Source: Hydrolagus colliei (Eukaryota). From it: DNA of 64,000 nucleotides. Made by a program: the position numbers and the translations under genes. Every line of letters starts with the position of its first letter. The first letter of the stretch is position 1. This document shows positions 50,331 through 63,641 of the stretch, piece by piece. The stretch lies in contig CM068751.1 of NCBI GenBank assembly GCA_035084275.1, positions 6,758,001 through 6,822,000 on the forward strand. Direction: 5' to 3'. The notes under the pieces were generated by a model. It saw nothing but the letters and a program-made list of their open reading frames with translations. It was not told where the DNA came from and made no database searches.

Positions 50331-50603
50331 AATAATAATAATCCTTGCATTTGATATGGCGCTTTTCAAGTCTTCTAGACGTCTCCAAGCGCTTCGCAGA
50401 ATATGCTGTAAAGTGAATTGACTGTATATTTGTGGATAAAATGTGGCAGCCAATTACGCACAGCGGTGTCCCACAAACAGTCGTGGATTGAAATGACCAA
50501 TTTATGATTGTGGAAGATTATTATCAGGCATCTGGAGCAAGGAAACTTGCCCAAGGTTTCACCTTGGCCTGCTGGGAAATGAACCCAGGTCTCGCTTGCA
50601 AGG
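50331..50603 (-). mobile_element. SINE (dominant family) lacking the A-box end
   Basis: Tail, body and part of the tRNA head (gaacccaggtctcgcttgcaagg). Confidence 0.92.
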
Positions 50604-51033
50604 AGAAGTTATGCAGAATTCTGTAACCAATGATCCCCCAAAATTCAACAAAAATGCCAAAACCCTTGTTTGTTTGTCTGCCTTCAAAAGACATGTCTTA
50701 AAGGGGTCTTTAGAGAGGTAAATAGGAGTGAAAAATAAAATCCAGCACAACACTTTCAATTACGCTATAGGTTTGTGATGGGAAAATTTGGGACTGATAA
50801 ATATAGATCAACAGCCGGAATGGGCTTACCAGGACATTTAATTGCGGTCTGGATTCACTTCAATAACTGCTTATAGCAACAACAATAGCAAAATTACATT
50901 GGTAGAACGCCTTTCCAAGTTACAGTATAATGCTGTAGTGAAGAGTTGGTAAAGATGGATATGCTACATGATTGAGATCAAATAGGCCAAACAGCCTTCT
51001 TCATCCGTACCTCTCTTTAGACCTTTATTTTAT

Positions 51034-51181
51034 GCATTGGATAAGTACTTGTGAAGGAAACATTTGCAGAGCTGTGGAGTAAGAGTGCGGGAGTAGGCCT
51101 AGTTGGATATTTCTTTCAAAGAGCCAGCACAGACATGATGGGCCGAATGGCCTCCACCTGTGCTGTAAGATTCTATGATTC
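51034..51181 (+). mobile_element. CR1 3' end
   Basis: gagccagcacagacatgatgggccgaatggcctccacctgtgctgtaagattctatgatt has the CR1 terminal inverted motif and the ATTCTRTG repeat. Confidence 0.9.
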
Positions 51182-52007
51182 CCTGATTATGCAATGTACT
51201 GTACAGTTGTTCTTTTCGGAGATGTTATGAAAGAATATTACGCTGTCACCCTTATGTTTCATCCAAGGTAGTCAAGCAGACTTGCAACCAAGTTAGAAAA
51301 GGGTTAAATCTAATTTCCTCTATGTTTTGTCTATTTGCTGGCCCAAGGATATCACTTAATGTTCTTTCTCATTTCCTAAAATAAGAAATTGACCATCAGC
51401 ATGTAAAATGAGGGCTGCGAATAGCCAGGTCATGCAATCTGCACCAAATTGACTTAAAACAAGCGAAGTGTAAATCAGCAAAAATTGATAAATCTGCCAG
51501 AAAACAAATGCCCTGTTCTATGTCAGTCTGAACAGCAAAGCAGCTTGACTTATTGTGTACAATTTGCAGCTGATTGAGATAAAGTAGTTTAAGATTTATC
51601 TTTTGAGCTCAACAAATGAACTGTCCTCCATTATGAAATGAAATTGCAGCCCATTCAATTTAGTGATAGTTCTTACAAAGCCTAAAGCCCCCCTTATGAT
51701 CTGATTCAGCAGAGACTGAGGATCAGCATAAGAGGTTGAATTATCTGGCTTAGTTATTCATATAATTAAAATTTGTATAATAAACAATTAGCTTACCTGG
51801 ATGAGCTTCAGCTCAGTGGCTTTCTATTAATATTGCTAAAAGCTTCAAGCACAATTAAAAGTGATTCAGACGCAATCTGTGCACCTGAACAATGAGCAGT
51901 CTTGCTGTAAAGCAAAAACAAACTTCCATGGATGATGTTTAATTGTCAGATTAAATGTTCTCTGCATATCTTTTATGCAGTATTCTATTTACTCTACAAA
52001 AGACACC

Positions 52008-52095
52008 GTCACTACATTTCACAATATATCCTATGAAGCTCTTTAAGATGTCCTCCCAATGTGATTAATGCTGTATCAAATGCAAGGATTATTAT
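52008..52095 (+). mobile_element. Eroded SINE tail
   Basis: gtcactacattt...tgaagctctttaagatgtcctcc...tatcaaatgcaaggattattat. Confidence 0.65.
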
Positions 52096-52202
52096 CAACA
52101 TTCTTATCAATTGAAATAAAATAATTGAAACCTTTGATGGGGTGAAAGTGACTTTCACATTGTTTTACACAGGGTATTGTGAAAAATGCGAAAATACATA
52201 AT

Positions 52203-52261
52203 ATGAAGCACTCTGAGAGGCTGCCTTACGTGAAGGGCGCATATAAATGCAAGTTGTTGTT
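52203..52261 (+). mobile_element. Eroded type-B-like tail
   Basis: gaagcactctgaga...cgtgaagggcgcatataaatgcaagttgttgtt. Confidence 0.6.
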
Positions 52262-52640
52262 AACAAATCCTTTTAATGTACTTTTAATAGCGGAAAGGAA
52301 GCTGTGACTGAAATGGAATAACAATTGGCTGTTTGGTTGCAGGCTCAGGTTTAATTGAGAACAGACAGACAGAATGATACCTGTATGAGACGAAGTGCCC
52401 ATCAATCTCCCCTTTCCTTGGCAGCAACAATGTAGTATTCTTTATTATAATGTATTTTGATCCCACGCAGAGATGATTGGAAGTTAGAAAATACCTCAAA
52501 AACAAGATTGATAGCTTACATAGTGTCTGCAAGAATGATTACATGAGGTATTCTGTATGTTACTGTACTGCATGTTACTGTACAATGAGGAACGTTGTGC
52601 AACAGTCAAAAATTGATATCCAACACCAATAATGTTGTGG

Positions 52641-52760
52641 CGGACTATGGGGGTTGAGTAGGGTAATGGGATTGATTTGAATAAGTCTTTTAGAAGAGCT
52701 GGCGCAGACCCAATGGGACGAATGACCTCTTTTTGTGCTATATAATTCTATGATTCTGTG
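52641..52760 (+). mobile_element. CR1 3' end
   Basis: gagctggcgcagacccaatgggacgaatgacctctttttgtgctatataattctatgattctgtg is homologous to 51034-51181. Confidence 0.85.
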
Positions 52761-53112
52761 TTCAGAAAATTAGAAGTATTAATATAATTCCTGAGTATCG
52801 GTAATTGGGCAGAAATGTATCATCTTGATTTTCCACCTCGGTAGAATTGAGAAGATTTCACTACACCAGACATGACATGATCATTAAAATTGCACAAATT
52901 GCCATGTTGAATATAAGACACAACAGCTTTGCTATTGCCTGGGGTATCTTCATTTAAACACCTGAAAAGTAAATTCCTGCTACTCTACTATATAGTTTTA
53001 ATAAAAACTGTCGCTTTTTTGTTGTGTATACTTGTTCAATTAATCATTCCCAATACTTTCAAAAGAGATTGGCACATTTTTCATAATGTTTTATAACGTG
53101 TATGATAATCAT

Positions 53113-53861
53113 AACAACAACAACAAAATTATAGCATGTGTATAGCGCCTTTCACGTCAGGAGGACGTCCCAAGGCGCTGGACAGTTACTGCTTCAGAAC
53201 CGAGCTGAGGACAGGGGGAGGGGGAAAGTGGGGTGGGGGAAAGGGGGGGATAAGAAGTTGCCGGTGGGTCCATCGATGAGGAGAATCTTGAGGCAAGACT
53301 TGAAGGAGGTCAGGGAGGGGTCAGGGCGGAGGGACTTTGGGATGGAGTTCCAGAGGTTGGGGGCAGAGTGGCTGAAGACTCGCCCGCCAATGGTTGGGTG
53401 GGTGGGTCAGGTGGCGTGGAGCAGGCCACAGCCTGCTGAACAAAGGGGGCGGGCAACAATAACAAAAATTGCACTTGTAAAGCGCCTTTCACGTCAGGAG
53501 AATGTCCCAAAGCGCTGGGCAGGTTGGTAAGGGGATAGGAGGTCACAGATGTAGGGTGGGGTGAGTTTGTGGAGGGCTTTAAATATGAAGACCAGGATTT
53601 TGAATTGGATCCTCTGGATGATGGGGAGCCAATGGAGTCAGGCAAGGATGGGAGAAATAGGGTCACGGAGTTTGGAATGGTAAAGGACATGGGCCGCAGA
53701 GTCCTGGATTATTTACAGCCTGTGGAGGGAGGAATCGGGAAGGCCGACCAGCAAGGCATTTGCATAATCGATCCGGGATGTAATGAAGATATGGATGAGG
53801 ATTTCAGCGGTTTTGGCGGTGAGGTAGTGGCCGAGTCGGAAAATGTTGCGGATATCAAAGT
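53113..53861 (-). mobile_element. 5'-truncated L2 LINE (older subfamily) with a nested tail insertion
   Basis: ORF 53713..53928 IRNIFRL.HYLT.KTAEILIHIFITSRIDYANALLVGLP is an L2 ORF2 motif. The tail is at 53113, and a nested tail lies at 53455-53516. Confidence 0.95.
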
Positions 53862-55514
53862 CACCAAGAAATGTAAATTTAATCCATCGGTTCCAAGCTT
53901 GGATATTGTCTGTCCAATGCAATACCAATTAATATAGTTGATTTTAAAATGCTTAAGTGTATAAAATTACCAATATTCCCTTATGCTGTCTAAATTTGGG
54001 CATATCGTTCCAATACTGTACAAAGCTTTAATGTATATCATGGTTTACACCAGTTTGATATTTTGATTGCAAAAGGTGATAGATTATTTTACGCAATTGA
54101 ACTTTGTTAAGTGGATTGCAGTTATTCAGTTATAAATACATCACCTTGAATCCAAATTATAAAGTGGAGAAGTTGATATGGTCTGTAAATTTGGATAAAG
54201 TCACCCTCAAATATCATAGATTTGCACTGAAATATATATGTTAACAAGAGCAATCTAAGGGTTAAAATACATGGAACAAGGTGGCACAATGAGTTTGAAT
54301 CTTTTCATTTCAGTTCTGTGACTTGAGTTTAAATAAAGCTGAAAAGGATGGGATGAAAGTCATTGTGTGGAGCATTTCCTTCATTGTATGCTCCTCTTTA
54401 TCACTTCTAATCTATTCCTCTGATAGAATGTGATTAGTTTTATTAAGTGGATTTTTGGTCAGGCATGAATAGAATCTGTCCTATCGTGGGTGTCTCATAT
54501 CTTTTCATAGACAGTCGGTTTTGCTCTGATTGTATTTATTCTGCGGACCGTAACAATTGCATATTCTTCTAACTGGGAAATTATTGTGTCACTTGATTCC
54601 AATCAACTTTCCCAGCAGAACAGATAACAGTTCCAAAAAGACTAGTAACGGTGAAGAAAACCCCTTAAGTAGCCTAGCATAGAATTGACTTCAATGTTCT
54701 GATGCTACTGCACAGTACACTGAAGCCGTCTATTTCTTGGGGTGGTGGGGTAGGGGCGAAACACCTTACATTAAAATATATGTATGTATATATTGTATGT
54801 ATATATTCTCTGAATTATTCTCAAAATATACCATGCTGTTTCAAAAGCAATTACCATCAAGTGGCGTGATTGTTTCATGTAAGCTCAGCTAAAATCGTAC
54901 TCCTCCTGGCTATACTAGTTAATAGCCAACATTGCTGAAGTGAAACTGGCTGCTATTCCACTTAAGTCAGACACTGACCCTGTGATGGATTCCAACTCCT
55001 GAAGCTAGTAATTTAGTTTTAACATAATGTTACAAATAGCTTTTTCATTTTTTTTCTTAAACTTTGACACATATTGACTTTATATTATAATTTATAATAC
55101 TTTTTATTATTATATTTAGTTTTATTAGTATTTTATTATTCACCATACCATACCACTGTTCAGCCCCCTCTCCCTCATAGACCAGTCCCGACACGATCTG
55201 TATAGATCGTGATAAACAGATGATAAAGTGAAAGCTTGGGTGTGAGATTAATGATTTAGTCGATGGCCAACAAGAGTTATTGACAGCTTTTGAAATCGGT
55301 CTCCGTTTGGATATGCAGTGTCTACAATCAAACATGATATATGTAGGGTGTGCGTCTTTTACATCACAGACTGATTTATTTCAATCAGTATCTCCTCTAA
55401 CTGATTTAACAGTGTTGATCATGATGTGATAAAACTGGAATTTGTAGCTAAACAGAAGTGGAGAATGTCGATTTATGTTAATTTCCGTAATGTTAGATTC
55501 TGAACTTTGATAGT

Positions 55515-55618
55515 AACAATAAGTAGAATCTTTGCATTTGATTTAGCGCCTCATCACATTTTCCAGATGCTTCAAAGCGCTTCACAGAATAAACTGTAAA
55601 GTGAATTGATTGTAAATT
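55515..55618 (-). mobile_element. SINE tail fragment
   Basis: tttgcatttgatttagcgcc...aaagcgcttcacagaataaactgtaaagtgaattgattgta. Confidence 0.8.
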
Positions 55619-57367
55619 CGGGAGCAGAGAGCACTGCTGCGCAGAGCAATGATAGAATTGATGTCTGTACTGATATGTCTACAACTGTCTTGTTCATCAC
55701 CCCCGAGACAGGTAACCTGCTTGTCAGCCACAGCCAATCGTGCTCTGTAGCAGTGACTGGAAGGTGTACACGAGGAGAATTGATCTGGGTGCAGTCTTGG
55801 GTTTTTCCTGAATTCCTCTTTCAAATGCTACCTTCCATCTGTTTTATAATTTGACATGAAAGAAACGTTGTCATGCAGTGTACACTAATCTGCTTGTCAT
55901 AGAGCGTACATTAAAGTAAAGGATAAATGAAAACCATTCCTGTTGCGTTCGAGAAGTTTAAATCTTTTTGTCCATCTGACCTACTGAATATAATAAGTTT
56001 TCAATGTATTTCTGCCCAAAGCAGACAACAGCAGCCAGTGCAGGAATGCCTCTGATGCTAAACGTTTATTGAGAACGTTTTTTTTTAATGTGCCCATGTT
56101 TTACAATAAAACACAGATAGATTCACAATCAAATATAATAGATGACAATCCATTTATATAAAGATGAATGCTGCAAAACTCAATGCTGCTCGGTGAGGTT
56201 CCCTCTGCCCTACAACATGTTTTGACAGGGTTAAGTTGAGAGATATGTTAAAATGAGAGACCCTGGGCTTAATGGATAGCTCTAAAAATGGAATGGATAT
56301 TGTATGTAAGTACATTCTCCTGTGCTAACATTCACCTTTTAAAGAAATTAGAATATGTTGTGTTATTTACCAATTGTTTTGTGCATTAAACATGATATGT
56401 TGTTCATTTTAAGCATTCTACTTCAATTCAGATTACATTAATGATTACAATATTGGATTGTCTGCAAACAGCAGTGTGCAGAACAAACATTCACTGTTTA
56501 ACAGATGTATTAAACGAGTGATCATTTAGCCCAATATTTCGGCATGTGGGTGTATGCCTTCCATAAAACCAGTGCAATAATTCACTGGAATGATATCAGT
56601 GGTGCACTTTCAGAGCGCTGAGAAGTCTGTTGGGGGAGTTATCTTCCAGTGGTAGTGGAGAGAAGTGTTTGGTGTCATTTGAGGGAGGATTTCATTCACC
56701 GAGGTAAATGAGTATATGTCAGGTGAAGGTTGAACTAATGTGAACATTCAGTGTGACACTGTTTATCTTATCTTGCACTGATTCACACTCCAGTAGACTT
56801 GAACGGGAATTGAACAAGTCTGCAAGCAATATACATGTTCACCCTCAATTTGAAAACTGTGCACTAATACCACTATGTAATATAAAGTTGTTCTGCACTA
56901 GAATATGTTAACCTCTGTTTATAGCAGTGTCTGGAATATCCCTTACTGCTCATCTACGTAAGCATTGCTGATTGAGGTGTGCCGTGGCATTTGTTTTCAA
57001 ACTTGTGGTGGATGTAAATGAATAGTCTTAATTCCACTCTTCCTGAATAAACTGTGTAAACAAGTCATTATTCAAGGGCGTTGAACTTAGTCTCAATTGA
57101 CATGATCTCACTGACAGAGTGTGTAAATGACAAAGAGGAAAGGACTCGCAGAGTATCAATTGGACAACAAGGCTTATCTGTGGCGCACTGACCAGGCTGG
57201 CACAGTGTAAAAGTCCCAATTAACTCTTTTCCATGCCCCTTTCCTGTTGTTGAGTGCTTTAGAACGCCACCATCACAGCACTATGTGCGAGCAAAGAGCC
57301 AAGGAGTCACGAGAAGAGTTCTTCCTTCATCATATCAATTATTTTATATCCTTATCTGAGTTCTGTT

Positions 57368-57419
57368 CATCCTCCCGACTTGAAAGGCATTCTACAAATG
57401 TAATTTTACTGTTGTTGTT
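57368..57419 (+). mobile_element. L2 tail-only fragment
   Basis: tcctcccgacttgaaaggca...aaatgtaatttt..gttgttgtt. A similar piece lies at 45885-45924. Confidence 0.7.
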
Positions 57420-59236
57420 AATAAAGGATTTTTTTTTAACAATCTTGCATCTCAATTTAATTATTCCAACTTTTTTTAAAAAAACAAAATTGGACCTGAT
57501 TAAAATGTTGAAAAGTTTTTGAAAAGATCTGTGATTCGAAACTTCTGATCAACTCAATGAAAGATTCAAATGTTGTTGAAAAAGTTTAGGAAAGTTACTT
57601 ACTTTTTTAAAGAGTTTCCACTGTACTATTGTAGATAGAATGGATAAATACCTGGACTCTGAAGATAAGTTAAACCCTGAGTATCATTTCCCAAGTGGTC
57701 TTGTAATTGAGGACAGTGTTATGCCTTCAAATAATCTTTTGATTTTCTAGTCTTTTTCAAATTACAATGATCTAGAATTACTATTGACTTTGACAATTGG
57801 TGGCTGAAAATGTGATTTGGCGCCTATTTTCTCTGTGGTTTCCAAAGGACAGGTAAAACCAATAGATTGGGGTCTGTTATTTTGTTACAAACTCCAGTCT
57901 AGCAACTTGGCTATCAATGCATATCTTTGTAACTTGTTTATCTGAACTTTCACTCAGACTTAACATTTGATTGAGTATAAATGGAGAAATTTTCCACTGA
58001 ACCCTAACTTACTCCACTTTACTGAACAATTATACTTTTTTATAACTGAACCAATGCTATCTATTTGCTGTGGACAGCTGAGATTTCCAGTTTATGAATG
58101 TGATTTATTTATTTTCTGATTTTATTCTTGATCGCTGTCTGTTTTAATTATGTTTCTCCTGATGACTGCTTACTTGACTCTGCGTTCACCTTTTTATCTT
58201 GGGTTTGTCTAGTTCCACTTCAGCACTGAGAGACCTCAGCAACTATTGATGGCCTTAACTACATCCATATTCCAGACTTTGCCTGTTTGTTAGTCATTTC
58301 GAGAAATTCATTAAACCGTTTGGTAACATTTCTATTTATTATTTCTGTATAACTCGGTAATGTTAAGTAGATTTATTTTCAGTTCCTTAATCTGTCTTTG
58401 TGCTCTCATCCTATCTTTGATCTCTCATGTAGGCTTTCATTCAAGTATACACTCTGTTTAATCCATTGTAATTATTTAATTAAAAAGTTGTGCTGCTTCC
58501 TCTATGGATCACCTACACACAAAAAAAAGCCATATTGGAGAAGTGGGCTGAATTTCCACTGCTGGGAAACAATAGCAAGTTTTATGGTTTACTAACGTAA
58601 AGAGGCAAACAAGATTTAAGATTTTCATTCCAAATCTTACCGGGAGCAAATCTCAAAAGTGCTATTTAAGAGCCGAGAAAAACGTTTAATTGCATCACCT
58701 TGTCCATGTTATGTATAAGCCAATGATCAGCATCCGCCCTATTAAATGAATTTAATAAGGAAACATGATTTTCTTGTTCATTTTGCTTTCAATTCTCATT
58801 AAAACTTTAATCCCTTTCTCTGCACTTGTATTCAAACTATTCCAGTTATCTTTGGTGCGGAAACCTTTATGCAGAAGGAACAAGCTAAAGAACACAGTGC
58901 ACACACAGCTGATAAGGACCAGCGGCACTAGACGAGTTATAGTGGTTGTGATATGAATAGTTTATTTCCCCGCTCCGTGGCTTGCTTGATTAAACGTTTA
59001 TTCCACTTTTACAGCATATTTAATGTGTGGTCTTTTTGAATTGTTATCCAATAGTTTGCATTGTTAACTCCGATTTAGTGAGTCATTGAAGTATTTGATG
59101 ACACCATCTTCATGCAAAATGAATCTCCAAAAGGGACATCAGTTAGGGTACATTTTGATTAACTAATCATAAATCATAACAGAATTAAAAAGTTCCCAGG
59201 CATTTAATTGAATGATTCAAAAGTAATGTTCAGCTT

Positions 59237-59330
59237 CAGTCACTACACTTTACAGAATATCATATGAGCGCTTTGAGAAATCCTCCCAATCTGAAAGGTG
59301 GTATACCAAATGCAAGGATTATTTATTATT
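59237..59330 (+). mobile_element. Eroded SINE tail
   Basis: cagtcactacactttacagaata...agcgctttgaga...aaatgcaaggattat. Confidence 0.7.
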
Positions 59331-60370
59331 TATAGTCTGTCTACACAGTATGGTTTCAAGGGCATCATTTGCAAACATATCATAATTTATCTGCAGGTTA
59401 ATTCGTTAAGCTGTTAAACTGTTCTGAGCCATTTTCTCTATTTTATTGGATTTGTAATTCTGGATTCTCCTATATACAAAATTCTACAGTTACTCACTGA
59501 ACCATATGTTTCTTTTACATTTTTATGGACCAACGTTATATTGCAAGAGCTGCCAGTTTAGGATTAAGATTATAACTCTAAAGCACTAGTCTTTTGCCTA
59601 GTCATTTGCCAGAACCTATGTCTATTTTATATGATTTATAAGGTTGGTAAAAATTGATAATTCTAGTCATTCTAATGTTCAATTAAAGCACCATTATTAA
59701 ACCTGCATTTATGTCCTGTAATTCCTTTTTAATGCAGTCTATTGACATGAGAGCTGTATAATATTCCCTCCTCGGGGCTCACTACTGGAATCTGACATTT
59801 TACATTTACTTTAATGCATTTCCATTCACGAGTAGCTCACTAGCTGTTCGAGACACAGTGTGTCGAGAGGAAAATGTATCCATGAACTGTTTTGCCCCCA
59901 TAATGTGATTTGATTTCCACTACACAGAGAAATTACCACCTCTACATAAACGTGGACAAATTGATCTCTTCATGCTTTTGGAGAAAGGAAAGCGAGAAGT
60001 ACATTGTTTAACTTTCCTAGTATTTGACTTCAGCTAAAAACATGCAAATGGTCACAAGGTTAGGTTTGAAGGTTTTTCCATCTCTGAACAAAACGGTTCT
60101 GTTATTTCCATGTAAAGTGAGCCTGAGAATAAATATACAAATATATAAATAAATATATATGTGCAGCTGACGTTAGCCCACCAAAACACACAGTCACCAG
60201 GCATCAAAGAAAACAATCAAATACATTTATATAGATTATCTTGGTACCATGGCAAAAGGCCCTTCACACATGCTTGGTCTGTCTCCCAGCGTTGCTTTGC
60301 CTTGCTCCGGACTGAACTTCAGGATTCTGGTCTCACCTGGCTAGCCACCGCTGGTCCACATTGCAGTACA

Positions 60371-60444
60371 TGCTGTAAAGCACTTTGAGGCATCCTCTTG
60401 ATGTGAAAGGCGCCAGCTCAAATGTAAAGATGACATATTATTAT
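60371..60444 (+). mobile_element. Eroded L2/SINE tail
   Basis: gtaaagcactttgaggcatcctcttgatgtgaaaggcgc...aaatgtaa. Confidence 0.6.
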
Positions 60445-61446
60445 AATGTCCATCTTTGCTCACACTTTGACTGTAGGCAATTGAAAAGAATGGACACATT
60501 GAAGTTTATAAAACCATGTCACTTCCTCCACACGAGGGTCACAAATTCTGGCAAAAAATCTCTAAATCTGCAATAACATGCCTCAATGAAGCCTAAAGTT
60601 TAAGCTTGATCTAAACTATTTTCTTTTTCTCTCCCCAAACGCACCCCCATACACACCTAAGGTTTATTTGATGTAGATCTTGCCTGTAAACAAATGTATA
60701 TCCCCACTGTTATTCCCTGTAAAAGGAGTACTATACATGTTGACTAGCCTAGTCTCTGCCACTCCCTGACAACACCAGCCTGTTCTCTTCTCCATCCCTA
60801 CAATCCAAGCCTGATATCAGTTTATGCCAGCGGGGGGATGGGGGAGGAGGGAGGGATTCATTTTGGACACACATATTGCTTTGTAATTGAGCAAGGATCT
60901 AATTGTATCAGTGCTAAGATGCAAGAGGAAAACATACATTTTCATGTTCTATTAAAGTTACCAAAGAAGATCGCTCAGCAATTTTGTTTTATGCTTTAAG
61001 TGAAATATCTCCACTGTGCTTCGACTCTCAATTGCAAATTTACCTTTTATTACAAATCTGCTGTTGAATTACACTTTTGACTATGTAACAATTAATGAGA
61101 GTTAAATGGAATATCAAATCTTACCTCTTGACCTTGAAATTAACTCGGGCCGTGAATCCCCTAGAAACAAAAGAGATTTATGTCAGGCTGGTTTGAATGT
61201 CTGACGTGAATCTCCTGTCATTTTCTCCAGAAAGGAGAACTCAGTACATGTGTCAGGCTTGTAATTTAATACTGCCCAGTGCCTTAATTGAATCTGAGCA
61301 GCCCTAAGTATAAATCCTGGGAGATTGCATTCAGTTCAGGTCATCCTGACATAAACAAAATACATTCTTCACAAAGGATGCAGTTTTTACCCAAGCTATC
61401 ATTACAAAGAATGTACTTTTCTAAACTGTCCTATTCTCATAGATTT

Positions 61447-61469
61447 TCTCTCTCTCTCTCTCTCTCTCT
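61447..61469. repeat. (CT)n microsatellite
   Basis: Directly visible. Confidence 0.9.
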
Positions 61470-63329
61470 GTGCTTTGTTTTGCGGACCACTTTCTTTTCT
61501 TAAATCAATATATTTGATACATTTACACCATAATCATTCAATAAAGAACATTTACCTCCTCACTTGATTCTTTTTCTCTTGCAAATCGTCAAACATTTCT
61601 AGTTTTATATCTATTTCAAGTTAGAGTCAATTAATATTCTCAAACTGAATATTTTTTGCTTGCAGGCTACTTTCCCCTGAGATTTATTTTTGTTTAAAAT
61701 ACGTTTGACGGAATTGAAGTGATGAGTTCCATCAACAGTTAACAATACTTTGGTCTTACAGTAGTCTGGCAATGTTTTCCAAAAACAGATTTGAAAGCTC
61801 TCCAACGTATCTTTGTTCATCACCAAATAATATCCCACTGAAATTGTTGTCTTGTTCATTCAAACCAAACCTGCGAAGGAAATATTTCAACTGCTATGTT
61901 CAGGACAGCATAATGGTCAAACAATCAGAAAAAACCTTTAGAGCAAATATTTGAGGTATCGTTATCAGTGTGGTATCTATCTTTTCTTTGTCTTTGAGGT
62001 AATATTTTATTGTATTTTGACATATATTTGCACAGTTGATCCCATTTCGTTTTTTCATTTTAACGTGTAATGATCCCACATCAAGGCTCTGTTGTGAATT
62101 AGCCTTTGGCTAAATTGGACATTCCACTTTGAGGCCCAGCCAAGCCTGCAACTGTTTATCTCTCATCAAGTATATGTGTATTCTGGTTAAACGTAACAAA
62201 TAAACGCCCAGTCACCTACATTTAATGTATTCAGAGTAACTTTACAATCCAAACCCGTTTCATGCTATGTTAGTTTCCTGTCACTTTCATCTGATCATCA
62301 ATCTCTGTTTGGTGTTGCTAGTACAACCTCAACCTTTGCTAGATGCTGCTACTAAGCATTACTTTTGAACTGTCATTACGTTACACGCTTTGGCGGTAAA
62401 GTCACATGTTCCAAATTTATTTTATATTGCTTTCAAAAGTGTAATTTCCCCTCTCTCCCCCCCCCCCCCCTACCCCCCCAGGCTAACACAGTCTACCTTT
62501 CGACAAGGCAAATGTTTATGCAATCAGTTATTAAGATTTTATTTCTCGCTTTATGCTTCAAGAAGAATTCGACTTTAGTTACAAATCCTCTTCTTATTGT
62601 GAGTTAATTCTGTGTATGTGAGCGTGCATCCCTTACTCTTTGCTCTTTTCAGACAGTTTCAGTTTCTCCTCAGATTGTTGTTTTGTTTCATTGGCAGCTG
62701 TGGTAATTGTCTCCTGTTTCTACAGTCTCTTGTGTTTTCAATCCTGCTTCCCCCACCCCATTGAAATAATAATTCAATATGTATCATTGCTACTGTGAAG
62801 TTATGTCTCCTTTGTGTTGATTTTTTTTCCCAATCAATCGAGTTAATTTCCATCTGCTTAATAACTTTGGTAAATGGTGTTTTGACACAATTCCTCAACT
62901 GCTTCTCTTCACATCAACTTTCAGTCGAATTTGTCCTCAGAGTTTGCTCACCTGCCTATGTATATCTACCCTGCTTTTTAAGCACAGCTTCCGTTTTGTC
63001 TAATTGCTCTTCTCTATTTTCTTATAGCCACATTATTTGCCACTGAAGTGTGATCACACTCACTGGTACTTCCTGATTTAATTATCCACTTTTTACATGG
63101 TTAATGTCTCATTTTACCCGCAGGTTACCTTTCAATCTTCAGTCTTTTTGTTAATGTAAAGGTATTTTCTTCCCATCAAGGGGGAGATTCCCATCAAGGG
63201 GGAGGCTAGTGCCTAGCTTCTAGCTCTTTATTAAACCTGCTCTATGGTTTGCCAATGAGGCGAAGGGCCTGTAAGATAGCTGAGTTGTAACTCTTTCCTT
63301 CTTGTCCAGTTGGGGCACTCAACCTACTT

Positions 63330-63641
63330 GTGGAGTCCTGTAGCTCAGTGGTTAGAGTACTCACCTTACAAACGTGAGACCTGTGTTTCAAATCCAAGCA
63401 GGTCAGTGTGAAACCTTGGGCAAGTTTCCTTACTCCACACTCCTAATAATAATTCCTCAAAAAACCCCAATAATAAAATAGGTCATTTCAATCCACGAGT
63501 GTTTGTGGTACACTGCTGTGCGCAATTGGCATTTTGCCTACAAATATACAGTCAATTGACTTCACAGTACGTTCTGTGAAGTGCTTTGAGACATCGATAA
63601 GATGTGAAAAGCGCTATATCAACTGCATGCATTATTATTAT
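63330..63641 (+). mobile_element. Full-length SINE (dominant family)
   Basis: gtggagtcctgtagctcagtggttagag head, body, and gatgtgaaaagcgctatatc...(att)n tail. Confidence 0.93.

Noticed and set aside
58844-58856. gttatctttggt, resembling the start of pre-miR-9
   Set aside because: The match ends after about 12 nt, with no mature miR-9 sequence or hairpin.
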